A DNA stretch of 64,000 bases from Vicugna vicugna. Taxonomy: Eukaryota. The DNA lies in the NCBI GenBank assembly GCA_013265495.1, contig MU058213.1:2418001-2482000 (forward strand), written 5' to 3'. The notes below the pieces were generated by a model. That model was not told where the DNA came from. It worked only from the letters and a program-made list of their open reading frames with translations, and did not search any database. This document shows positions 51,150 to 64,000 of this stretch, piece after piece. The position numbers were made by a program, and so were the translations under genes. Positions within the stretch are counted from its first letter, which is position 1; each line of letters begins with the position of its first letter.

Positions 51150-51750
51150 CTGTATCAGTGAGAATTCTGTTCAGCTGCCTAAAACAGAAACTCCACAAAC
51201 TTAACTACATAATTTTTCCCATATAATCTAAGCGCAGAGGTAATAAGGAATTCAGGGCTCGTGCAGCTGATCAGGAAGGTAATTTTTTGAAAGGATGGGC
51301 AGACAGTTAGGGTGAGGTGTAGGGACTCCTTCTGGCTTCCTGCCTCACTGTTCTTAGCATGTTTAGCTTTTCCTCTTACAGTACAAGATGACGGGTGGAC
51401 CTTCTCAAATCCAGTCTGAGTTTAAGGAGGGAAAAGGAGAGATGCACAAAGGACCGATGGATTAAAAAAGCCTGACGAAGAATTACAGAGCAAATGCTAA
51501 TACAACAAATGCTCTTGGCCACGTGCTCTTCTGGAGTCTTTCCAGATTATAATTCATTGATAATTTGCTGCCTGGGTCCATCCCCTTTAATAAGCTGGTG
51601 ACGTCTCATTGGGCAAAACCATGCTACATGGCCATTCCTAGAGTAGAAGAGGCCTGGGAAGGGAGGCATTTCATAAAGGACACACTGACTCTTGAGGAAG
51701 GAAGAGAGGAAGAACGGATAGTCGGGCAGACAACCAGAACAGTTGGTCCC
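51150..51750. mobile_element. MLT1-type MaLR solo LTR
   Basis: tgtatcagtgagaattctgttcagctgc..aacagaaac; gtctcattgggcaaaacc..catggcca..cctag. Confidence 0.7.
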
Positions 51751-52984
51751 AGCGTTTATAACAGGACCAGTGACTTGGGTCATAGTATGGTTGACCAGGG
51801 TTGTGTCTGCTGTCTTAATGATTTGTACCAATCACACAGGTCACAGAAAGCAGCCAGAGACTGACATGTACACAGTGGTTTTCACAGTCATTGAATGATG
51901 AACTGTACTGTGGCCGAGACTAATGATTGTAGTGGCTCTTTTATTTTTCTATTTTATTTGGGAGCCACTGACTCATACCAGTGGAGGTAGGGGTTTAAAA
52001 AAGGACAGCCTAGGTCACCTTCTCCCCTGGGAAGGAGTGAGAGAGTAAGAAAGAAAATCTAAGACACTCACCGTATTCTTTTTTTGGCAGCTTTACTGGA
52101 AAGTCTTACTTGCCTAACAAGATGACTCCTTCATTGCCTCCACGTTGTTGGCACTCAAACTTAGTTCACTAAGTATAAGCCTCATAAAAGACAGTTTATT
52201 CAGGAAATTGGAGTTTCAACTGAGGAACAATTCATCAACTCCTATTAATATTCAGCTCACTTCATCAAGATCTATGACTTCAAGGGACAAGAGTTCTATA
52301 TAAATCCACCTTGTATGTGAAACTACTAGGAAAAATGTCTACTTTTGCTAATATATTCCGAAGTACAATTTAGTGTTTACAGAATATTAATGTAGGGAGA
52401 GACCTTTGCTATCATATACTACCACTCTGTTTATTTTTTTCACTTTTGATTAGAAATCTGAGAGTCAGAATGGTGTTTTGTCTACCTATGAAGGTTGTGA
52501 CTGATGTTTTTACTTTGTTTAACCCACACAACTGTATACTCATGCTTATTAGCAACACTCCTTAGTTCTTCTATGGAGAGGTTAGTCTAACCCTGATACA
52601 GCATCAGAAGGAAGCAGTGGTCATTTTTGTTGGCCTAATATTTTACGCATTTTTAGCACTAAGTCATAAACATACTTTAAAGGCAGTCGATCCTTTCAGA
52701 TTATGAAGTCTGTACTTGTTACCAAAAGGAAAATGCTTTTGAGGTTGTCTTTGACAACAACAGCAGCTGTTCCCACTCCCATAGATGGGAGAAGTTTAAA
52801 AACCTACCATTTAATTTTGGGGAGGTGGTGCAGTGTGCAGGTGGAGAAGGAGTGATGGGTTATATTTTCTCCTGCTGACTCGTATGCTGTGAATCAGTAC
52901 TGGGGCAATTCGGTTGTCTGGATTCTTTCTACATAACACAGCTTTGGAAACTTTCTCACTTATCATATAGAGTCAGCGTGACTT

Positions 52985-53271
<287 letters not shown>

Positions 53272-54820
53272 TAAAGGTAAAAGATTCTGTTTGGCTGAGA
53301 TGATTTCTTGTCATGTTGTAAAAAAGTATATATATTCATTATGTAATGGGAAAGTAAACATACTGACTTTGGAATCTTGGGTCCTGTACCAAGTAATCAA
53401 GTAGACATCCCTTGTTCAGGTACCTGGCCCACATAAGCCTACAGCAATACTGGGGTGGGTGTGTGTGTGTGTACAGCTTTAATTTTATAACTCTTTTACT
53501 AACCAGCAGACTGAGTGGCCCTCAGCTAATTCATGAAGCATACATAAGGCCCCGTCCTCATCTTGAGAACTCACCCCTTCTTACTGAGAAATTCTGCTAT
53601 TTCCTCAGCTTTTGAGAGTCCTACTGGGATTCACTGCTTAATTCACTCCTTCTAGATCAATCAAATGTGCTCTTTTGAAGCTGTCCAGAGTTCATTGTCA
53701 GCAATTGTATGCTTCACCTCCAGGTGAAATATACAAACTCACACAAACATATTCTTGTGTGTGAAAACATATAATTTGAGTGACAAAATACCTTAATGAC
53801 CAAAAAATTTAGTTACAGATTTTATTTACAAAAAAATAAATCTGCAGTAACAACTATGGCATTCTTTAACAGTTTATTCTAAACATCTTTCCATACCTGC
53901 GCACGTGTATCTCCCCTGCATTTATTTTTTAGTCTCTTATTGATGGTCTCTTTAACTGTACATTTCTGGAAATTACAATTCCAAATTTTGTCAAACTCAC
54001 CTTTCATGTTGGAACTCTGGGCAGCACTATGGGGAGAGAACTGCTTTACCAAGCAATGAAAATGATATTTGGAGGCAAGAAGGACCTTGAGGCCACCTCA
54101 TCCACCAGCACTTTGACACCAAACCTCAGCTTGAGTTCATGAATATCAAAAAGTTACCTGTGGTTTCCCTGATGGCTCTTTAAAAAGCCTATCTGAGCAC
54201 ATGTTAATGTGAGAAATTTCTCAATGCTAAAATTGTTTCTTTGATTTAATATTTTTATAATTAGATCTTTCCTTTCCTTCAAAATTCTGAACATCTGCCA
54301 TTTTTAGGTGACATTTCTCACCAAACTTCACTAACAGAAACTTTTTAAATCCACAGGACTTCAGGGAAAGATTAGGCAGTGCAGTCTTTTTAGCTAAAAG
54401 TAAACATAGCACATGTGAACGTTCCCAAAAGTATTTTGAAAAAAATAACCCAGCTTGAGAAAATTATAGAAAAATATTTTCAAATATATGCCAACCCTCC
54501 GTCTTTCAGTAGGAAAACTATGCTATGAAACAAGGATGAATAGCCTAATAAAACTGCGTTAATGATATTATTTTGTATGTTTTTATTGCATTGTGGGAAT
54601 AGACAGACTGGCTTTCTAAAGACTGAGATGAGATTATTTCCAGCTTGTTCAGTTTCTGTGATGTTTTACAGTAAAAATAGTGTAAGAATACTGTGGGGCT
54701 ACTTTTAAAATTTTATACAGTTCACTTCCCATTTCTTTCACAGAAAGCTGGTTATAGTTTATTTCCCACTGGAGGCTTAATGTTGCTCATTTGCCCATTG
54801 TCTGTTTCCTAATTAACCAG

Positions 54821-54910
54821 GAGAACTTTCCTGCCAGCAATGCTGAAAGACTCCAAGATCTGAAATCCACCGTTGACCTGCTAACAAGTATCACCTTTTT
54901 TAGGATGAAG
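54821..54910 (+). CDS. UNC13C: UNC13C internal coding exon (MUN region)
   Basis: ttaaccAG|GAG ... ATG AAG|GTacgt; 90 nt, phase 0/0; [30 protein letters not shown]. Confidence 0.97.
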
Positions 54911-55103
54911 GTACGTCATTTATTTTTGTCACTGTCCCCGCATGACATAACACATTTCTTCCCTGGAAAGTTCTGGCTTCACCCTTCTTTGATCAGTGCT
55001 TTTCATCCTCAGTGATTAGGGTGTGGTGCCTTTGCCTGAGCTAAATGAATCTTCCAGTGTAAGGTGTGTTGAAAAAAGAATTATCCTCAACACAAAAGAT
55101 ATT

Positions 55104-55163
55104 CTGATACACTTGGCTGTACACACTGATACACTGATACACTTGGCTGATACACACTGATAC
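55104..55163. repeat. ~30-bp tandem duplication rich in CTGATAC
   Basis: ctgatacacttggctg-tacacactgatac a ctgatacacttggctgatacacactgatac. Confidence 0.95.
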
Positions 55164-56469
55164 GTCTTAAGCTCACTAGTAAGTCGACAAAGCTAAGAAT
55201 GTCAAATGGAAATGGAGTTCACTTCGTGTTTTAGTTTTCACTCGAATGTCTCGCTGACTTATTCATTGCAACAGAGAAGCCAACTCTTTTAAGTGTACCC
55301 TAATCGTAGCAACTACCATTTTCCACCCTGGGAATGTCTGGATCAGGATGGATGTGATTGCTTAATCTATTAGTATAATTAATTATTATCTACCAAGCTA
55401 GGCAAACATTTATTTTTAGATATATCTCCTTTGCTTTAATTGCATGTTCTCTGTAGTCATATCTTGGCTTGCAGGACAATTCATATAAAGCATTTCTTAA
55501 AACCATTTTGTCAGGCTCTGGACTAAACATGTTTGCTCTTTGAAAGAGTTTTATGAATTTTTTTCAGGAAATTCCTATACAGTTGCCATGATTATCTTAA
55601 ATTGGTATTTTATAATATAAGAGAGACAGAAAATAAAATAATATTCTATCAATCATCAGTCCTTCACCGTTCAATTAAAATCATTTTGTTTAAAGTCATG
55701 GTTCGATTAGGTGACTGGGATAAATAGTTTACATCAATGCTGATCAACATCTGCAGGAAGGGTGTGCAGCGAGTGATAGTGAGACGCAGTCTGGGCTCAG
55801 TGGGAAAGTTTTCCCACTGACGAGGGATGCCTGCCATTGACATTGAGGGGTGGGGGATGGGAGAGAGGGGCGGGAGTGCCAGCAACACTGCTGCATACCT
55901 GCCGTTCCTCAGTCACCAGCCTGGCGGTGTTTAGGACACAAAATAATCTCAAACTTGCAGCCCTTTCTCCCCAGCCCTCACTGCCAACTGATGGCCTTGC
56001 TTCTGATTTCATTGGTAAAAAACAGGAGCAGCTCCTGGAGAGGTTCTGCAGCCTGAGACCACGTGCTCCCGCCACCCACCCCTCTGCCTCCTTACCTGCA
56101 TCTGTGTCCATTCACTCTTCCTTTTTTTTTTTTTTATTACTATTGATTAGCTGTCTGTTCTCCTAGAAAAGGCCATCTCTTCCGCTTGTGCAATTAATTG
56201 CACCCCGTTCTGAGTACACATACGTCGGTCTAGCAATCCTCCCCGCTCACCTGAACTTTCAGACTTCCCCTCTCTCCTGAATATTCTGTGTCACCAAACG
56301 TGCCATCAATTTTCCAGTCTTAAAAATACTGCTTGACTCCACTTTCTTCTCCAGTTACTACCCTAATTCCTCTTTTCCTTTAATACCGAAACTCCTCAAA
56401 ATAGTCCTTTGTATGTTTTCTTTCCAATGTATTTTCTCACATTATCTTTTGAACACATTTTCTCCTCTC

Positions 56470-58150
56470 ATTATCTTTTTTTTCTCATTGCAGATGGTAA
56501 AATTCATTGTTTTTGTTGTACAGATCTTTAGTTTTGACAGATGTGTGGCTGTATAACCACCACTACCGTTATGATCCACAGCAGTTCCATCAGCCTCCAG
56601 AATTCTCTTGTGCTGCCCTTTATAGTCAGCCCTTCTCCAACCCCTTGAAAAGCCACTGATCTGTGGTCGTTTCCCTACGTTTTGCCTTTTCTGGAGCATC
56701 ATGTAAAGGAAATAGTAAACTATGTAGTGTAGCATACTGGCTGTTCATCCATCTTCTTGAGAGTATCTTCAGTTCACTCCTTTTTATTGCTGAGTCGTAA
56801 TTCTTTGTTATGCATGTATTCCAGGCCTTTAAGTTGTTTCCAGTTTGAGGTCATAACAAATAAAACTGTTACAAATATTCAGGTACATATTTTTAGTGTT
56901 AATGGTTTTCATTTTCCTTGGGTAAAGACCTCTGAGTGAACTTCTTCAGTCATTAGGTAAATGTTTGCTAAACTTTACATGAAATGTCACCTTTTTTCAA
57001 AGCAGTTGTACAGTTTTGCATTCCCAGCAACCGTGTGTGATTGTCCAGTTGTTCTACATCTTCTGGTGAATGAAGCTCTTATTTTTTCATGATTTTAATT
57101 TTTTTCAGCCATTCTAATAGGAATGACATTTTATCTTACTGTGTTTTAAATTTTACTTCTGTATTTATTAATAGTGTTCATCACCTTTTCTTGGGCTGAT
57201 TTGCCATCAGAGTTTCCTTTATGAACAGTTTGCTGAAATGTTCTGCCCGTTAGGTTATTTTCTTATGGAGCACTGAGTTCTTTATGTGCTCTGGATACAA
57301 GTCTCCGGTCAGGTACTTTATTTGCTAGTACTTTCTCCCTGTATGTGCTTTGTCTTTTCATTCTCTAACGCTGTCTTTTGCATAGGACATGTTTTTAACT
57401 TTGATAAAATCTGCTTTACCAATTTTTCTGGTTATGGGTAGTACTACCAGCTAAACTAAGGTCACAAAGAGATTTTCCTGTTTCTTCAAGTTGTACTTTA
57501 CCTGTTATGTTTAATCCTGAGTTCCATTTTGAGAGTCTTTTTTTTTTAAGTAAGGTATGAGGTATGGGCCAAGGATTATTATTTTGTATATGCATGTTCA
57601 ATAGTTTTGACACCATTGCTTGAAAAGATCATTCCTTATTAATTGAATTGTGTTTGCATCATTATGAAAAATCAGTTGGTCATATTTGTTTGGACTCAGT
57701 GTTGTCCAAATGTCTATAATTTCACCATTATCATGCTGTCTTTTTTCCATCCAATTGACTTTTTTTTTTAATTGAAGTGTGGTCAGTTACAATGTCAATT
57801 TCTGAGGTACAGCATAATGTCCCAGTCATGCATATATGTATATACACATATATTCATTTCCATATTATTTTTCATTAAAGATTATTACAAGATATTGAAT
57901 ATAGTTCCCTTGCTATGCAGAAGAAATTTGTTTTTTTAATCTATTTTTGTATATAGTGGTTAACATTTGCAAACATGCTGTCTTGATTTCTGAAACCTTA
58001 TAGCAAATCTTAAAATTAGATAGTGTGAGTTCTTCACCTTTTTTGTTTTTAAGAATTGTTTAGATGATAGTTTATTTCTTGTTGGGATTGCATTAAATCT
58101 ATAGATCAATCCACAGAGAACTGAAATTTTTTAAATATTAAATCTTCAAA
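56470..58150 (-). mobile_element. Old L1MB-like element (3' UTR + ORF2 end)
   Basis: ttttgacagatgtgt..tataaccaccactacc; agttgtttccagtttgagg; gggattgcattaaatctatagatcaat. Confidence 0.85.
57743..57973 (-). mobile_element. Young L1 3' end nested in L1MB, perfect 11-bp TSD
   Basis: TSD CATGCTGTCTT at 57732-57742 and 57974-57984; body closely similar to 11821-12020. Confidence 0.93.
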
Positions 58151-59582
58151 TTTACCCTTATTTTTGGAGTCTACTCCAATCAGAATTTTGCCCCATCACT
58201 TCACCAAAAATGATCTTGTCAAAAATCACCAGTGATCATCAGTTTGCTAAATCTAGTGGTCAGTTGTCAATCCTTGTCCCACGTTGTTCAGTGTCACTTA
58301 ATATATTCCATCCATCCTCCCTCCAGGAAAGCTTTTCTTCCCTAGACTCCCGGACACCCTTCTTGCTTCTTTTTCCTTCTGTCTCATTGACTGCTTTTTT
58401 CTCTTCTCTACTATCTTACTCTTTCTCATTTGTCTGATGTCACTGGGCTAGAATTACCCGGGATTTATTTTTGGGACCCCTTCTCTTCTCTGTCCATACT
58501 CATCTAGTCTCATTTCTTTTAATTCTTCTCTTAGCTCATACTTCCCAAATTTAGATCACTAGTTCAGGCATCTCCACTGCTCCAGACTCATTTACCCAAA
58601 TGTCTATTTGAAATCCACTTGTATGCATCATAGGCTTCTCAGTCTTAACCTGTTGGTAATTGAGCCCCTGATCTTCAAAACACAGCCTTGCTCATCTAAG
58701 TTGAAGATACTTCCCTTGTACCAGTTACTTAGGCTAAAACTTTGGGGTCCTGACTCCTCTCTTTCTCTCACACTAATCATTCAGTCTGTCAGCAAATCCC
58801 GTTACCCCTTCCCTCCAAAATTAACCAGAATAAAATTTCTTCTAACAGCTCCTTGCTTTGCACCATAGTCTAGGCACTGTCTTCCATGACTGAATTACTG
58901 CACTAGTCTCATGGCAGGTCTTTCTTTTTCCATAAGGCTCCCTCATACTGCCTTAAGGTGAGGTGGTATAAGGGAGCCTTAAAAAATGTAGGTTACCTTG
59001 CTCTTCTGCTCAAATAGTCAGTTTCTTCCCACCTTGCTCAAAGCTAAGATTCGTACAGTAGTTTCTGTGTGATTTTCCCCCTTGTCTCGTCATCTTACTT
59101 CTCTAAATTCATCTAATGCTGGAGTCCTCTGTACTAAATTCTGTTCCACTGAAACACTTGCTATCCCTCTTCTTCATTTTATTTTTCCTGCAACATGCAT
59201 CATGTGATATATTATATTGATTGATTTATTAACAACTTACTAGCTTCCTGAGGAAAGTAATTTTTGTTTCTTTTGTTCCTTGCAGTATTGCCATTGTCTG
59301 ATATATAGTAGGTGGTAAATACCTGTTGAGTGATTGAATGAATTATGAGTGAATATAATCCTGATTAGTGACTTTGTTTCTGTTTGAATATTTAGTTATG
59401 CTCATTTTCTCTGAGTTGTCACATCAGAAAGTTAAAGGAGGTGTTTGTACATTTAAAACATTTTTAAGACCACATTTTCCCTGAATACAGAAAAATCAAC
59501 TTAAAGTGTTTATTGAATATTGTTTGAGTTGTTTGTACTGTTTATACAGCTTTTGAATTTAAGCAGATACTTTTTCCATCAG

Positions 59583-59711
59583 GTTCTGGAGCTGCAGAGC
59601 CCTCCAAAGGCCAGCATGGTGGTGAAGGACTGTGTCAGGGCTTGCCTGGACTCTACGTACAAGTATATTTTTGACAATTGCCATGAACTCTATTCCCAGC
59701 TCATAGACCCG
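59583..59711 (+). CDS. UNC13C: UNC13C internal coding exon (MUN/MHD1 region)
   Basis: tttccatcAG|GTT ... GAC CCG|GTaaga; 129 nt, phase 0/0; [43 protein letters not shown]. Confidence 0.97.
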
Positions 59712-59859
59712 GTAAGAAAAGATGCTCGTCTACTTTCTGTTTCTAATAACTGCTTCCATAAATTTTGAATGACAGTAAGTGGGAAAGTACATTGATTCAA
59801 TTTCACATTAACTACATACAGGTTTTATGAATTTCCTTATGTTTCCTTCACATTTGAAC

Positions 59860-60075
59860 ATCACTTTTATATACGTGAATTATTCACTCCTTACAATAAC
59901 TTCATATACTGAAGGTGAATATTGTTCTTCAAGTGGTTCAGGTGAGGAGTCAGTTTCAAAAGAATTAAATGATTTTGCTTAAGGTCACTCAGTGAGGAAA
60001 TGGTAGATGTGGGATTAGGATTTAGGATTTCAACTCCTGCTCCTGTTCCCTTCCCCTAACACATACTGCCTCTGT
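59860..60075 (-). mobile_element. MIR relic
   Basis: aaatgattttgcttaaggtcactcagtgaggaaatggtagatgtgggatt. Confidence 0.65.
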
Positions 60076-61949
60076 TACCATTTTATCTCATAAAAGTGAT
60101 GGATGGGAGCATGTTTATAGCATAGGATGGCAACACTGTCACATATGTAAACTTATTATTAAGGAATATTTCAAAACACAAAAGAAAATACAGAAAGTAA
60201 ATCAAACATGCATCTGCTTACCACATAGATGGCCAACTGTTACCGTTCAGCAGTTGTACTCTGCTCTTCATTGTTTAAAGGCACTCACTGTTAGACATGA
60301 AATGGCATCTCACTTTGTACGTCCTTCAAATTTCATTCTCCATTCCTCTTCCTTCAGAGATGGACGCTATCTTAATATTGGTGAATTTGAACATCTTTTC
60401 ACATACGTTAAATGCACACTTCAGTTTTATTTTCTGTGAATCCCATTAATTCCTTGCTGATTTTTCCCTTGGCTTGCTCACCTTTTACTTATTTTTTAGA
60501 AAATTCTAAAATACATTCTAGGTACTAATCTTTGTTGGTTATGTGATTTTTCATATATTATGCCCCTCTTTATAGGTGATGTGTCTTTTGTTGCATTGAA
60601 GTTTTTTAATGTACACTATGATTCATATTGCTATTACTTCTGTAAAACTAGTGTTTGGGGATGGCTTTTTTATGTGGATCTGTTGCCCCTCACTTACCTG
60701 AAGAACACAGTTGCTCCACCAGATATTGAAAACTGCAGTTACCTGTGCAACTTCCTGGTTACTTGAATGGGATGGATTCTAGAAAGCATATTTTGGGATG
60801 AAAGCGAGTGGGACTCGCTAGGTTTCAAGCTGACTTTCTCATAGTATTAATCCTTTCTGGGGTCACTGGCTCTTTAGCCTAATAGGAGAAAAAACCTAAA
60901 TCTGGAGTCTGTCATTGTGTAAGCAAAAGAGTATATAACCACATAATTGTTCATAACTTCCCCACTAGATGTGCTCTAGCTTGGAAACTTGGTTCTCTGG
61001 GGTTTCTAGGGGTTAAATTGTCTCTCACTTATAATCTACCCTTGGGTGGCTTTCTAATGGCTCCCCTTTGTCTGTTCTCCATTCTCTCTCTTCCTCCCAT
61101 AAGGCTCTTTCAATTCTTCTCCATTTTCAACATCATTGTCTTTATTTTACCCAAAAGATAAAAATGAAGCTTTTTGTTACACCATATAAGTTACCCATAC
61201 ATAACATCATAATCAGTCTTACCAGACTTCACCACCCTTAATTTTCTACTCCTTGCAATTCCGAACTCAAATTGATACCCTCTCATGAGCTCTGAATTCT
61301 GTTCATTTCTGTGTATCGGCCATCCTTTTCTACAGCCATATGTTTATCCTCTTCTGTATTCCTAAAACATTCTTCCCCATCCTCTGCTTCCATCAGAATC
61401 CAACTTAAATATGACCTCCTCTCCTACTAATTCACGTTAAGTGGATAAATCAAATCATCAAGGTCAAGTGGCATACCTTATTTAGTGTCTTTCTAATATG
61501 TTAATAATCAATCACAGTTTTATTTATATAAGATATGTAGAAATATGCACAGTTCCCATAAAGCAACCATGCCTCTAACAAAAAGCAAATAGATCATAAC
61601 ATCAAAATGAATCTACTATAGCTTAATATTTGTTGACTTGACTTTAGGAAATGTTTATGTGATTTTCTAACCAACTGGTATTCTTTTTGGGTAGATAGAG
61701 CTATAGATCTTATATGAAATCTTGTCAGTGTAAGGACTGTTTGGAGCTAAGCTTTAAATTTAAGAAAAAGACTTTTCCTTAAAGATTGCTGTTACTTGAA
61801 ATTCTAAAGAAAACACCCATTGGACCTGAATAATTTAGGAATCTGATCCTCCCTAGAGCCCTTCTGAAACCATCCAGAAACAGCTGTATTGATTAAGGCT
61901 TATCTTCTTTCTGTTAACTGAGCCATTCTCCTAGGAACTCAAGAGCTTT

Positions 61950-63425
61950 TTTTTTTCCCTCACACTGTACACCTGAATGTCCTCAAATTCTGATGACTTT
62001 ATCTTCAAAATTAAATACCTTATCTTCATAATACATCCAGAATCTAACCACTTTTCACCACCTCCATGCTCCGCCTGGTCTGAGCCACCATCATTGCTCA
62101 CATGGATTACTTTGTAACTTACTAATAGAGCTCAGTGCTTCTGCCCTGCAACCTGTGTCTGCTCTCAACAAAGCAGCAAGAATGATTCTTTTAGAAAGTA
62201 AGTCAGATCACATCTCTTTTGCATGTAATGGTCTTAATTCCCTTCATTTCAGTCAAATTCAAAGTCCTTTCAATGGCCTGTAAGACACAGGATCTTCCCA
62301 TATTGCATCTTCCACCCGACTTACTCTGTTACTCCATCCTTTATACACATCATCATGTGAGTGGAGAGCCAAGTAAGCGCTTGCCCACAGGAAAGTAACA
62401 TGAACAGTGCTGTGCCTGGTCCCCATCACAGTGCCTGGATCATAGGAGGTGCTCAAAAATGAATTTGTGGAATGAATTGAATAAATCAATAAGCAATAAC
62501 TTTTCTCAAACAATATAAGAATTTATTGGCATATTTAACTTCTTATAAACAAGACTGAAAGAGGTGCCCTGTTTTGTGGTAGACTCTTCAGTGCTTGCCT
62601 CCTGCAGTTGTACTGGGTTGTGTCACAGGGTCCTGGACGAGATGTAGGAGGAGATGATGAAAGGCACATCTAGTCACAACTCTTAAAAACATCCTAGAGT
62701 ATCTTCCTGCTCTCTCTCCTGCTGCAGTAACCTGGAGGGACATTCCAGATGATGTAGCTACCAGGTTGGGGAGGGCTATCCAGCCAGCTACGAACTTTAG
62801 ATATTTAAGAAGTAATCTATTACTGCATTCACTCATGGAGATTTGGAGATAAATTTCTTGCCACAGCAAACTTGGCTTATTTTGACTAATAGACCTTCAA
62901 ATCCATTTCCAATTTGCCACCCAAACTATCTACTTAAAATACATCTGTGTTCAGATGACTGTCCTGTCTGTAATCCCTGTTCACTCATGGCATTAAGTCC
63001 AAAGTCTTTGCTGTTATCCAAAGGCTGGCTAAGATGTGAGCTCTATCTTTCCTTATTTCAAGTTAATTTCTACCTTGCTTTCTATGATCCAGGACACTAA
63101 ACTCCATGATGCCTTCATCAGCATTATCTTGAACTACCTGGATTTGCTTCCCCCGCCCCAAACCCCATCATTACTAATTCTGTCTCATCTGACCTTTCCT
63201 TCAGAAAGCCTCTAGGACCTGTCTTAGCTGAATTAGGTGTTCCTGCTTTCTGCCCTCACAATACCCTCACAAATGTGTCACCACCAGCACACTTATCATG
63301 CTGAATTTATTTGGCATATAATATGTTTGTCTGGCTTGTCGTCCCCACTAGACTGCGTGTTTCATCTTGTAGCCCCAGTGCTCAGTGCTGTGCCTGACAG
63401 AGTACAGTGATAAAGTAATTAATTA
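61950..63425 (+). mobile_element. L2 relics (two 3' ends, ~62480 and ~63420)
   Basis: atccagaatctaaccacttttcaccacctcca...cagtgcctggatcataggaggtgctcaaaaatgaatttgtggaatgaattgaat. Confidence 0.75.
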
Positions 63426-64000
63426 ACAAGAAACAAATTTTATAAAAGAAGCACTCTGTTACTTGGTTATTTATAGTCTGTTTCAGTGACTCCACTTCCA
63501 AGTCTGTGGTCAAGAACATGATCGCTGATATCAAAACCCCTGAGTTCAAGTCCCACCTCTCCTGCTCATCATTAGTTTTGTGACCTTTGATGGGCTAGTC
63601 AGCCTCAGTTTCTTTATCAAGACATGCTTTTAGTATTCATGCCATGGACGCTCTGAGTTCTCTCTAGATAATGTAGTGCCTGAAACCAAAAAAAAAAAAA
63701 AAAAAGAATTTCAGGGTTGTTAGACACAGTATAATTCTGATTATTTAAATATGGAAGCATGTTTTCTTTCTCCAGAGGGGTTTTGAAGAACCATGTAAAA
63801 ATAGTCCTCAGAATAAAAATGAAAAACGGATTTGAGAAAAAAGTTGACGTTGTTGCAGTTAGAAGAAATAGATAGAACTGTGGTCTGCAGAGGCCAGCTG
63901 CCACTCACGGAGCAGCGTTTACCTGGGCTGAATCACCAGGCCTGTGTTTGTCCTTCAGTTTAGCATAAATCAGAGCACAGGTGTGGCAGTGTGGACCATA

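Larger units (their letters stand above)
55880..59345 (+). mobile_element. L2 element split by an L1 (L2 parts ~55880-56450 and ~58165-59345)
   Basis: gatggccttgcttctgatttcattggtaaaaa; resumes at ctactccaatcag..cttgtcaaaaatcaccagtgatc; ends ttgagtgattgaatgaat. Confidence 0.75.

Noticed and set aside
53812..53851. Small AT-rich hairpin (cagattttattt...aaataaatctg)
   Set aside because: Short, low complexity and expected by chance in 64 kb of AT-rich DNA.
55104..55163. CRISPR-like or GATA-site array
   Set aside because: Mammalian intron, no unique spacers, and TGATAC does not fit WGATAR; a simple tandem duplication.

Overview
AT-rich, repeat-dense mammalian genomic DNA lying entirely inside one + strand gene, UNC13C (Munc13-3, a synaptic vesicle priming factor). 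Seven internal coding exons (24643-24812, 27520-27635, 30216-30379, 43976-44132, 53182-53250, 54821-54910, 59583-59711; 895 nt) have GT-AG boundaries, compatible phases and no stops. They encode the second half of the C2B domain and the start of the MUN region. The rest is intron filled with L1, L2, MIR, MaLR/ERV LTR and DNA-transposon relics. Two tRNA-derived SINEs and the young L1 3' ends look camelid (camel/alpaca/llama), which is an inference from recalled consensus sequences. I found no evidence of a new multi-gene biological system. The most interesting signals are retrotransposition architectures: a SINE+L1 composite within one 18-bp TSD, a TSD-bounded young/old L1 chimera with a 5' inversion, and a short 3' transduction. 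There is also a candidate 32-nt poison micro-exon. Repeat family names are from memory and boundaries of old repeats are approximate; none were verified by RepeatMasker.
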